Counted from the stretch's first letter, positions 1 to 8,377 are shown. The stretch is 64,000 nucleotides of DNA from Caldisericia bacterium (GCA_963674785.1 OY771555.1:1376001-1440000), one strand, 5' to 3'. Program-made: numbers and translations. Notes: generated from the letters alone by a model not told the origin.

Positions 1-1254
1 GGTGGTGCAGCTGGAATGAACGCAGCACTTGATGTTGCAAAGAACGGCTACAAGGTAACACTTGTTGAAAAAACAGATAAACTTGGTGGAAACCTTCAGC
101 ATGCAATGTATACAAATGAAATTGGAGATATGCAGGCATATCTTAAATCTCTTACATTTGATGTTGAGAGAAACAAGAATATCACTGTCAAAATGGAAAC
201 CACACTCTCTGATCTTTCAGGTTCAGTTGGAAACTTCCTGCCAAAACTGAAGGGTAAAAAAGGTGAGGAAGAGATTAATGTTGGATCAATCATTATTGCA
301 ACTGGTGCCGAACAGATAACTCCAAAGGATTATAAGTACGGAACAGATGAACGTATCATGACTCAGCTTGAGCTTGAAAGACGAATTATCTCTGGCAAGT
401 GTGATACTGACAAAATTAAATCTGTGGTTATGATTCAGTGTGTCGGTTCTCGTGGTGATGATGATCATCAGTATTGCTCCAGAGTTTGTTGTTCAACAGC
501 AATGGCAAATGCAAATCTTCTAAAGGAAGAGAATCCAGACATTGAGGTTTATGTTCTTTACAGAGACATCAGAACTTATGGATTCAGAGAGCATTACTAT
601 AATAAAGCACGTGAAAATGGTGTCACTTTTGTAAGATGGGATCCAGAAAATAGACCTGAGGTTCTTGATAAGGGTGGAAAACTCTTTGTGAAGGTTCATG
701 AGCCAATCCTAAAGGGTAGCCTTGAAATTCCAGCTGACAGAATTGTTCTTTCTGCCGGAATCAAGCCAAACGAAGATAATGAAGAGATTGCGCAGATTCT
801 CAAGGTTCCAACAAATGATGAAGGATTCTTCCTTGAGGCACATCCAAAACTCAGACCTGTTGATTTTGCAACAGAAGGAATCTTCTTCTGCGGAATGGCA
901 TATCATCCAAGAATGCTCGACGAAACAATATCTCAGGCATCTGCAGCTGCCTCAAAGGCAATGACAATTATCTCAAAACAATCACTCAAATCAGAGGCAT
1001 CTATTGCAAGTGTTAACAAAGATGTCTGCGATGGTTGTAGAATTTGTCTTGCGGTTTGCCCATACAATGCAATCAATTTGAAATTCGAAGATCGGGATGA
1101 CAAACAAGGTAAAGCTGATGTTGACCCAGCACTTTGCAAAGGTTGTGGAGCATGTGCAGCAACATGTCCATCTGGTGCAATGGAGCAACTCGGATTTACA
1201 ACTGATCAGATAATTGCTCAAATTGATTCCGCTTTGGAAGGAGTAGCTCTATGA
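1..1254 (+). CDS. hdrA: Heterodisulfide reductase subunit A-like flavoprotein, 5'-truncated by the window edge
   Basis: Frame is open from base 1 (GGAAGMNAAL, FAD-binding motif); QCVGSR, YCSRVCC, FFLEAHPKLRP; C-terminal 2x CxxCxxCxxxCP ferredoxin. Confidence 0.93.
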   Translation, partial: GGAAGMNAALDVAKNGYKVTLVEKTDKLGGNLQHAMYTNEIGDMQAYLKSLTFDVERNKNITVKMETTLSDLSGSVGNFLPKLKGKKGEEEINVGSIIIATGAEQITPKDYKYGTDERIMTQLELERRIISGKCDTDKIKSVVMIQCVGSRGDDDHQYCSRVCCSTAMANANLLKEENPDIEVYVLYRDIRTYGFREHYYNKARENGVTFVRWDPENRPEVLDKGGKLFVKVHEPILKGSLEIPADRIVLSAGIKPNEDNEEIAQILKVPTNDEGFFLEAHPKLRPVDFATEGIFFCGMAYHPRMLDETISQASAAASKAMTIISKQSLKSEASIASVNKDVCDGCRICLAVCPYNAINLKFEDRDDKQGKADVDPALCKGCGACAATCPSGAMEQLGFTTDQIIAQIDSALEGVAL

Positions 1255-1706
1255 GTGACGAAAAAACTCCATTAATCGTTGTACTTTCATGTAACTGGTG
1301 TACATATGCCGGAGCTGACCTTGCTGGTGTTTCAAGATTCCAGATGCCAACAAATTTCAGACTTATTAGGGCAATGTGTTCAGCCAGAATTGACCCCGAG
1401 ATGGTTTTAAGAGCTTTTGCAAAAGGAGCTGACGGTGTTATTGTCGCCGGATGCCATCCAGGTGACTGCCACTATATCTCTGGTAACTACAGAGAGAGAA
1501 GAAGAATAAAACTTCTTGAAAGACTTCTAAAACAGATTGGTATATCTCCAAAAAGATTTAGACTCGAGTGGATATCTGCATCAGAAGGTCAAAAATTCTC
1601 TGAAACCATGAGAGAGTTTTCAAATGAAATTGATAAACTCGGACTCTCACCTCTCAGGAAAAAGCTTATCGCAAAAAACCAGGTGAAGGAGGTTGCTCAT
1701 GTCTGA
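1251..1706 (+). CDS. mvhD: Methyl-viologen-reducing hydrogenase delta subunit ([2Fe-2S])
   Basis: CNWCTYAGAD, MCSARID, GCHPGDCHY, WISASEG; 4-bp overlap with hdrA. Confidence 0.95.
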   Translation: MSDEKTPLIVVLSCNWCTYAGADLAGVSRFQMPTNFRLIRAMCSARIDPEMVLRAFAKGADGVIVAGCHPGDCHYISGNYRERRRIKLLERLLKQIGISPKRFRLEWISASEGQKFSETMREFSNEIDKLGLSPLRKKLIAKNQVKEVAHV

Positions 1707-2715
1707 AAAGATTAGAATCGCTATAAACCGCGGTGCAACTTGCGATGGTTGCGATATGGCAATCCTTGATATTGATGGACTTCTACTCAATCTTTTTGAG
1801 ATTGCTGATATTGCGTTCGGTCCAACATATATGGATTCAAAGTATGAAGATGTTGAAAAAATGCCAGATAACTACATCACCGCAACCCTTGTACATGGAT
1901 CAATGCGTGATGAAGAAAACATTCATATGGTAAAACTTCTTCGTCAGAAATCAGCTCTTATGATCGCTTTTGGTGCTTGCTCAAGTTTTGGTGGGATCCC
2001 ATCTCTTGCAAACGCTGTTAAGGGTGGAATGCCTCGCATTTGGAAGACTGTTTATGATGAAACTGCATCAACAATCAACCCTGATGGGTTTACACCACAG
2101 TATGAGTGGACTAGCCCAAAGGGAAACAAACTCACACTTCCAAAGGCCGCAGACAAAGTCGTTCCAATGAACGAAATAATCGATGTTGATTATTATCTTC
2201 CAGGTTGTCCACCTTCCGTTGAGTCGATTTCAACATTCATCAAGCTGGTGTATGCTCATGTAAAAGAGGGTGCCCCGCTTCCACCAAAAGGAACGATTGT
2301 TGCCTCAGAAAGAACTCTTTGTGATGAGTGTTCAAGAACAAAACCTGAAAAATACAACATCAAAAAAATTGTAAGACCACACCTTGTTGATCTCGATCCA
2401 GAAAAATGCTTCCTTGAACAGGGGATCATTTGTCATGGAATCGCAACAAGAGCTGGTTGTGGTGCCCAGTGTACAAACATCGGCAACATGCCATGCAGAG
2501 GATGTTATGGACCAACTGCGGATGTTCTTGATCATGGTGCATCAATGCTTTCAGGTTTAGCCTCAGTTCTTGATATGAGAGACAACGAGCTTGACCTTGG
2601 TGAAGATGAACTTGACAAAATTGTTGGGCAGATTGATGACCCACTTGGAACGTTCTATAGATACAGCTTCGGATCTGCATTGATCAATGAAGTTGTCGAA
2701 GATGTAGAGGAGTAG
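1699..2715 (+). CDS. mvhG: [NiFe] hydrogenase group 3c small subunit
   Basis: CDGC, GACSSFGGIP, LPGCPP, CDEC...CFLEQG...PCRGCYGP; ATG at 1699 after AGGAGG. Confidence 0.92.
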   Translation: MSEKIRIAINRGATCDGCDMAILDIDGLLLNLFEIADIAFGPTYMDSKYEDVEKMPDNYITATLVHGSMRDEENIHMVKLLRQKSALMIAFGACSSFGGIPSLANAVKGGMPRIWKTVYDETASTINPDGFTPQYEWTSPKGNKLTLPKAADKVVPMNEIIDVDYYLPGCPPSVESISTFIKLVYAHVKEGAPLPPKGTIVASERTLCDECSRTKPEKYNIKKIVRPHLVDLDPEKCFLEQGIICHGIATRAGCGAQCTNIGNMPCRGCYGPTADVLDHGASMLSGLASVLDMRDNELDLGEDELDKIVGQIDDPLGTFYRYSFGSALINEVVEDVEE

Positions 2716-2720
2716 ATAAA

Positions 2721-4229
2721 ATGGCAGAACCAATCATCTTTGACGAAAAATACAAAACTGATAAGAAGCAATTGACAATTGCCCCAGGCACAAGACTTGA
2801 TGGTCACGTGAAAATTGAGATTTTCCTTGACGATAATGGCAATGTTGATGAGACCTATTTCCAGGTTGTTGAGCTTCGAGGATTTGAAGAATTCTGCAAA
2901 GGCAGACCGGCAGAGGAAATGCCAAGAATCACAACTGCTCTTTGCGGAATCTGTCCATGGGCACATCATCTTGCTTCAACAAAAGCACTTGACATGATGT
3001 TTGGCGTTGAGCCAACCAAGACTGCAAGCATGCTCAGGGAAGCTGCATATTGTGCACACCAGATTCACTCTCATGTCTCTCATTTCTACGCACTTGCTGC
3101 ACCTGACTTTGTTCTTGGGCCAGCAGCTCCAGTTGATGTGAGAAATGTTGTTGGGCTTATTGGTGCGGTTGGTGAAGAACTTGGAAAAACAGTTCTTCAT
3201 ACAAGAGTTGTGGCTCAGCAGATTCAGGAAAGAATCGGTGGAAGAGCAACACATCCTGTTCACGGTCTCCCAGGTGGAGTCAGCAAACCAATCACAAAAG
3301 AAGACAGAGAATGGATTCTTAAGGTCTCTGAACCATTTATTGGTTTTGCTCAGCTTTCACTCAAGATTCTCAATGATATGGTGCTTTCCAACAAAACATA
3401 TCTTGACATCATCTTGAACAAAGACCTTTACTATCATGACAGTTATCACATGGGTCTTGTTGATGAAAACAACAAGATGAATTTCTATGATGGTAAAGTC
3501 AGAGTAATTGATCAGAAGGGCAAAGAGTTTGCCAAGTTTGGTGCCGCTGAGTATCTTGACCACATTGCTGAACAGCCACTCCCATGGTCATACCTCAAGT
3601 TCCCATATCTAAAACAGGTTGGATGGAAAGGACTTGTTGATGGACCAGAATCAGGTCTTTCAAGATCAGCACCACTCTCAAGAATAAATGTAACAGATGG
3701 AATGCCAACACCACTTGCCAATGCTGAGTGGGATAAATACATGTCAACACTTGGTGGAACACCGGTCCAGTTTACTCTCGCAACACATTGGGCAAGACTC
3801 ATTGAAACGCTTTATGCTGCCGAGAGACTCAAAGAACTCATGGAAGATGATGCAATTCTCGACACCAATGTCAGAAATATTCCAACTTCCAACAACAAAG
3901 AAGGAATGGGTATTGTTGAGGCTCCACGTGGCACACTTGTTCATCACTACAAATCAGATGACAATGGCATGATCACAGATGTCAACCTCATCGTTGCAAC
4001 TGCATTCAATCATGGTGCAATCTGTATCGACACCGACAGAGTCGCAAAAGGTCTCATCAAAGACGGAATGGTCTCAGATGGAATCTTCAACATGATCGAG
4101 ATGGTATTCAGATGTTATGACCCATGTTTCTCATGTGCAACTCACTCACTTCCAGGTCAGATGCCAATGGAACTTGAGCTTATCCACACAGATGGAAAAA
4201 GAGAGAAAGTCACTCGTAAAGACGTATAG
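2721..4229 (+). CDS. mvhA: [NiFe] hydrogenase group 3c large subunit
   Basis: CGIC and DPCFSCATH Ni-binding motifs, EAPRGTLVHHY, cleavable C-terminal extension. Confidence 0.93.
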   Translation: MAEPIIFDEKYKTDKKQLTIAPGTRLDGHVKIEIFLDDNGNVDETYFQVVELRGFEEFCKGRPAEEMPRITTALCGICPWAHHLASTKALDMMFGVEPTKTASMLREAAYCAHQIHSHVSHFYALAAPDFVLGPAAPVDVRNVVGLIGAVGEELGKTVLHTRVVAQQIQERIGGRATHPVHGLPGGVSKPITKEDREWILKVSEPFIGFAQLSLKILNDMVLSNKTYLDIILNKDLYYHDSYHMGLVDENNKMNFYDGKVRVIDQKGKEFAKFGAAEYLDHIAEQPLPWSYLKFPYLKQVGWKGLVDGPESGLSRSAPLSRINVTDGMPTPLANAEWDKYMSTLGGTPVQFTLATHWARLIETLYAAERLKELMEDDAILDTNVRNIPTSNNKEGMGIVEAPRGTLVHHYKSDDNGMITDVNLIVATAFNHGAICIDTDRVAKGLIKDGMVSDGIFNMIEMVFRCYDPCFSCATHSLPGQMPMELELIHTDGKREKVTRKDV

Positions 4230-4238
4230 TTTAAACTT

Positions 4239-4715
4239 ATGAAAATAATTTTAGTTGGAATGGGAAACCCGATCCTGGGAGATGACAGGATCGGGGTTCT
4301 TATTATGAGGGAAATAGAAGCACTTTATAACGCAAGCCATAAACCAAATGGTGATGTTATTTTTGAAGAAGCCAATCTTGGTGGGCTTGCGTTACTCGAT
4401 ATAATCGATGGTTTTGAAAAAGCGATTCTTGTCGATTCTATATCAAGTGGGAGTTATCCAGTTGGTACACTTTTAAGACTCACCAAAGAAGATTTTACTG
4501 AGACGCGACATATCAGTAGCATGCATGATATAAATTTTGCCACAGCCCTTGAAATGGGCGATAAAATGGGTCACAAAATCCCCGTAGAGTTTGATATCTA
4601 TGCTGTAGAAATCAAACCCGCACTCGACTTTATGGCGCCACTTTCTCCTGAACTTGAGGAGATTATGCCAAAGGTTGTCAAAGAGATTGCCAAGAGGTCG
4701 TTGGGGCTTGTATAA
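4239..4715 (+). CDS. Hydrogenase maturation protease (HyaD/HycI family)
   Basis: GMGNPILGDDRIG, ILVDS, SSMHD motifs; follows the large subunit. Confidence 0.9.
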   Translation: MKIILVGMGNPILGDDRIGVLIMREIEALYNASHKPNGDVIFEEANLGGLALLDIIDGFEKAILVDSISSGSYPVGTLLRLTKEDFTETRHISSMHDINFATALEMGDKMGHKIPVEFDIYAVEIKPALDFMAPLSPELEEIMPKVVKEIAKRSLGLV

Positions 4716-4720
4716 CTATT

Positions 4721-5122
4721 CTAAATTAGTCTAGAGATTATTTGCAAAACTTCTCTAGTGTACTTGTCTGATAGCTCCTTTTCTCTTGGATCTCCAGGTT
4801 CATATCCATGCTCAATTCTGTGAGGTAATGCAACATAATTTATATTGAAATCTATTAACTTCTCTAGAAAGGAGTTGATTTCATTGATTTCGATTGCTAC
4901 TCCTGTTTCTTTTTTGAAGTTTTCTAACAACTCTATTGGTGGAGAACCAGTAGTGAATTTGGCCAAGATTTTGACAATATGTGGAGTGAGATGCCTTGGT
5001 GAAGATGTATTATCAATTCCAAATAGCTGTTTGAAGCTAAGTTTTGTTACCTGTTCAACACTTGAATCCAGGCATCTGAAGATATCGAATCCAATTTTAT
5101 CTTCTAAGTACTTTAAATTCAT
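4721..5122 (-). CDS. Hypothetical protein
   Basis: 133-aa ORF with GAGGAGG RBS upstream; no recognised motif. Confidence 0.65.
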   Translation of the reverse strand: MNLKYLEDKIGFDIFRCLDSSVEQVTKLSFKQLFGIDNTSSPRHLTPHIVKILAKFTTGSPPIELLENFKKETGVAIEINEINSFLEKLIDFNINYVALPHRIEHGYEPGDPREKELSDKYTREVLQIISRLI

Positions 5123-5274
5123 AATTCCTCCTCAATGGTATTTGATGCTTAATATGTTATTATTTTCATGAGCAAATGCAATTTGAGATGCTGAATAAAT
5201 AGTATCTGACTTTTTTACTCCCTCCTTCGTATAAGTTACCAAAGGAAAAAATCCTAAAAAAAGGAGGAGCGAAG

Positions 5275-6030
5275 ATGAAAAAGAATAAGATAGCATTAGT
5301 AACAATAATCTGTCTGGTTGCAATTTTTGTAATACCTGTAACAGGGAATGTAAATTTTGTAGACGCTGCCGATCCAATCGTAAACTGCACTTTCAGCACA
5401 ACTTGGAAGAGTAATCCATGGAACTATGAGGTTGCCGAAGGTGCCACAGCTTCGTTTAAATTAATTCTTGCCCCAACTTCGATGTGTGGAATGAGCTTCA
5501 CAATCACTCCACTTACTGAAGGATTCACATTCGATTCATTATCAACAAGCATGGTTTCCGCTCATGAGGAGCGAGAGGTTTCTATTGGTATCAAAATGCC
5601 TGAGAAAAACTATGAAAGCCAACAGTACAAGACTTTCAGGATCAAGATCAATCCATCATCCGGTAACACAAAGGTTCTAGAATTCACTGTAAACTATGTT
5701 CAGAGTTGTGGTGATTTCATTACCGGATGGACTAACAACCCATCAGGTTATGAGGTGGAAGCAGGAAAACAGGCAACATTTGAGTTTATCGTCAAAAACA
5801 GATGTGATGAGGATGATGTGGGAATCACAATTTCAACCGATGACAGATTTATCAGCTTTTCAAACAAGAAATTCAACGTCCTCGCAGACAAACAGTTCAA
5901 AATTCAGGTTTCAGTCACAATGCCACCAACCCGAAGAGGATATGAACCAGAGAGCAATACTTGGGAATTTAAAGTGAAGGGAGATAGTGGAGTCACAAAA
6001 AATGTGAAATTTAGTGTGAATTACAAGTAG
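5275..6030 (+). CDS. Secreted protein with two tandem beta-rich (Ig-like) repeats
   Basis: Signal peptide, strong RBS; FSTTWKSNPWNYEVAEGATASF repeated as FITGWTNNPSGYEVEAGKQATF. Confidence 0.75.
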   Translation: MKKNKIALVTIICLVAIFVIPVTGNVNFVDAADPIVNCTFSTTWKSNPWNYEVAEGATASFKLILAPTSMCGMSFTITPLTEGFTFDSLSTSMVSAHEEREVSIGIKMPEKNYESQQYKTFRIKINPSSGNTKVLEFTVNYVQSCGDFITGWTNNPSGYEVEAGKQATFEFIVKNRCDEDDVGITISTDDRFISFSNKKFNVLADKQFKIQVSVTMPPTRRGYEPESNTWEFKVKGDSGVTKNVKFSVNYK

Positions 6031-6051
6031 TTTTTTGCTCTTGGAGTTTTG

Positions 6052-6083
6052 AAAGGGTGAGGCGATACGCCCCACCCTTTTTT
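6052..6083 (+). terminator. Rho-independent terminator
   Basis: AAAGGGTGAGGCG-ATA-CGCCCCACCCTTT hairpin followed by a T run. Confidence 0.75.
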
Positions 6084-6115
6084 GATTTATCAATTTTTCA
6101 CATTATATTTCTCAT

Positions 6116-6658
6116 ATGACAAGACAGTCAATATATTTTATGAGTTCAGGAAGAATAGGCTTTCGCAAGTGGAGGGGGATTGATTTTGAGCTTGCGATGG
6201 AATTATGGGGTGACCATAGGGTGATGCACTTGATTGATAAAAGGTCGCCGCTTACAAGAGAGCAGATCAAAGAAAGATTTGATAGGGAGATAGAAAACCA
6301 GAAAAACTTTGGAATCTCGTATTGGCCATTTTTTGATCGCAACAGAGGAAAACATGAGTTTATAGGGGTGTGTGGGTTGAGACCTTATGGGCTTCAAAAT
6401 GTCCACAAAGAAATGGGATTTCATCTTAAACACGATGAGTGGAGGAAGGGTTATGGTTGGGAAGCAGCAAATGCTGTTATTGATTATGCATTTTCAAGAT
6501 TGAATATTGAGACATTGGTTGCGGGGCATAATCCAAAAAACTTTGCATCCAAAGGCCTGCTTACAAAACTAGGCTTTAAGCATTTTGATGAAGTGTTTTT
6601 TGAGCCAACGGGGATGGTTCACCCGATATATGAATTGAAGAAGGAAAATTGGGGGTGA
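6116..6658 (+). CDS. GNAT N-acetyltransferase (RimJ/RimL type)
   Basis: FIGVCGL, EMGFHL...WRKGYGWEAA, N-x-AS-x2-LL-x-KLGF. Confidence 0.88.
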   Translation: MTRQSIYFMSSGRIGFRKWRGIDFELAMELWGDHRVMHLIDKRSPLTREQIKERFDREIENQKNFGISYWPFFDRNRGKHEFIGVCGLRPYGLQNVHKEMGFHLKHDEWRKGYGWEAANAVIDYAFSRLNIETLVAGHNPKNFASKGLLTKLGFKHFDEVFFEPTGMVHPIYELKKENWG

Positions 6659-6776
6659 CAACCTGTCTTCCTTTCTGGGGGGGGTATAGGGTATAGAAGA
6701 ATTTTGTATGGCTGTGTAATCTCTTAGACATAAAGAGTTAATGAATCGAAAAAGGTGTGGTTCAAGAGCAACTTCC

Positions 6777-6860
6777 TGGATTCCCGATCAAGTCGGGAAT
6801 GACGACTTTTTTGCTTTCCAATAACTAGGGGTCGAGATTCCAAATCAAGTTTGGAATGAA
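6777..6860. repeat. Two REP-like palindromes (GATTCC-n3-TCAAGT-n2-GGAATGA)
   Basis: GGATTCCCGATCAAGTCGGGAATGAC (6778-6803) and GAGATTCCAAATCAAGTTTGGAATGA (6834-6859); related copy at 60814-60837. Confidence 0.65.
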
Positions 6861-6887
6861 GGGTTATAAATATTAAACAAAGTTTTT

Positions 6888-6972
6888 TGGAGCGGGAAAC
6901 GGGATTCGAAGTAGCTTTCCCTCAGCTTGGGAAGCTGATGCTCTACCCGACCTTCAGCTGTAGTTATTCCCG
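6888..6972 (-). pseudogene. Degenerate tandem copy of tRNA-Gly(CCC)
   Basis: 23-nt 3' end and 30-nt anticodon-arm block identical to 7057-7131; 5' T-stem strand replaced, about 10 extra nt in the D arm. Confidence 0.8.
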
Positions 6973-7056
6973 GAATAGCTATGTTAGGTTTGATATGAGA
7001 TTCCTAGCTATGTTTAGAATGAAAGACCTCAAACTAAAAGCTGATAAGAAGAAAAA

Positions 7057-7131
7057 TGGAGCGGGAAACGGGATTCGAACCCGCGGCCCTCAGCTTGGGA
7101 AGCTGATGCTCTACCCCTGAGCTATTCCCGC
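7057..7131 (-). tRNA. tRNA-Gly(CCC)
   Basis: GCGGGAATAGCTCAGGGGTAGAGCATCAGC-TTCCCAA-GCTGAGGGCCGCGGGTTCGAATCCCGTTTCCCGCTCCA; full cloverleaf, encoded CCA. Confidence 0.96.
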
Positions 7132-7138
7132 AATGTTA

Positions 7139-8113
7139 TTAGTCAAGAAGTCTTGTCTTCTTTGGTTTAGGTCTATTATTTTTCAAAGCTTCAAGTCTCT
7201 GGTCAACATCATCACTGTTAAGATTACCAGCCCTTTTGATGTTATCACCAATAGTTTTTGCAGCAGCCTGAACGGATTCCGCAGTTTGCTTGCCAATTTC
7301 TTGAGCTTTGCCTGATAAGAATTGACCATTAATCCAACCAAGAATTCTATCAAATATTTCAGGGTTTTGGGTGAAAATGCAAACAATAAATGAAATCACA
7401 TACGGGAGAGTCATGTAATCAAGTTTTGATGCAATTGCTGTTATATTGAAACCGGCAAAAATAATGAGTGCGAGAACAGCATATCCAACGATTTTTCTGA
7501 AACCAAGAAGAATTGCAGTTGTTGCAACAATCATAATGTAGCTTGTTATGCCGCCATCAAAGAAAGCTTTTTCATTGCCAATTATTAATCCGTAGAGAAT
7601 TGAAAAAATCCAAATATTCAAGATCATTACAATCCAACCAAGGAAATTTTTGGGTTTTTCAAACCATTTTCTCGCAATAAGAACAAGAACAACAATCAGA
7701 GCAATGATTGGACCAACAAAACCAGGAACAAAAAACTCTGTTTTCATTCCAAATGCCCACGCTAAAAATTTATCTATCCCAAGAATAGGTGTTAAACGAA
7801 CTTTTGGGATACGCCACACAGATGAGGAATATATAACAAACGCCTGAATAAGAATTATACCAATGTATCTCAAATATTGAGTTTTTGATGCTCTTTGTTT
7901 TATAAATGTGTAAAGATCGCGAACAATAAGTAGCCGTTCTGTTGCATTCGCTCTGGAGTATTTCTTCAGAAGATGTTCTCTGAATTCTAGAATATCTTCT
8001 TCTGTTGCCTCAAGAATATTCTCGTTTTTCGCTTTGAGAAACTCTTTGTACTCTTCTATTGCAAGCTTTGTTTGTGGTCTTTTTTCGATAAAAAGCTGTG
8101 TTGTTTCAGCCAT
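7139..8113 (-). CDS. Membrane protein with N-terminal integrase core-binding (SAM-like) domain resemblance
   Basis: N-term EEYKEFL...ATEEDILEFREHLLKKYS...RLLIVRDLYTFI; then about 6-7 hydrophobic segments; charged tail. Confidence 0.7.
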   Translation of the reverse strand: MAETTQLFIEKRPQTKLAIEEYKEFLKAKNENILEATEEDILEFREHLLKKYSRANATERLLIVRDLYTFIKQRASKTQYLRYIGIILIQAFVIYSSSVWRIPKVRLTPILGIDKFLAWAFGMKTEFFVPGFVGPIIALIVVLVLIARKWFEKPKNFLGWIVMILNIWIFSILYGLIIGNEKAFFDGGITSYIMIVATTAILLGFRKIVGYAVLALIIFAGFNITAIASKLDYMTLPYVISFIVCIFTQNPEIFDRILGWINGQFLSGKAQEIGKQTAESVQAAAKTIGDNIKRAGNLNSDDVDQRLEALKNNRPKPKKTRLLD

Positions 8114-8120
8114 GAATTTA

Positions 8121-8148
8121 ATTCTATATTAAATATAACCTTCGTCAA
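8121..8148 (-). promoter_or_regulatory. Sigma70-type promoter, likely leaderless
   Basis: TTGACG-16 nt-TAGAAT-7 nt-ATG, no SD. Confidence 0.65.
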
Positions 8149-8194
8149 CTTGAAATGAAAGTTTATCTATCCAAACTGTAGGTCGTATAATACT

Positions 8195-8377
8195 ATCGAT
8201 GATCAGGAGGAGTGTTGATAAACGCACTTCAGACTTCAGTTAGATATCGAATTGATGCGGGTTTGTCGCATCAGATTTCCCGTTTTAAGAAACTTGCTAA
8301 TCGAGTTTTAAGACTCAATAATCGTGTGGAAATGAAGGAAATGCCTTCACAGAAAAAATCCTAAAAGGAGTATTGAA
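8195..8377 (+). promoter_or_regulatory. Structured 5' leader, candidate cis-regulatory RNA
   Basis: TATAAT at 8186-8191 followed by about 180 nt with several hairpins (GAGTG/CACTT, TGATGCG/CGCATCA, GAGT/ACTC, TGAAGG/CCTTCA). Confidence 0.45.

Noticed and set aside
1-4229. Selenocysteine recoding in HdrA/MvhD/MvhA
   Set aside because: All relevant ligands are Cys codons in uninterrupted ORFs
6677-6692. G-run as a phase-variable tract or G-quadruplex
   Set aside because: Intergenic, downstream of convergent transcripts, not tied to an identifiable promoter or ORF
6887-7120. 77-aa ORF with repeated peptide PQLGKLMLYP
   Set aside because: Antisense translation of tRNA-Gly and its duplicate
6777-7131. 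Possible mini CRISPR array
   Set aside because: Only two imperfect palindromes plus a tRNA duplication; no regular repeat-spacer period and no cas genes
8310-8352. Canonical T-box antiterminator/terminator
   Set aside because: No GGTGGNACC consensus, no U-tract terminator, no clear specifier; kept only as an unclassified leader
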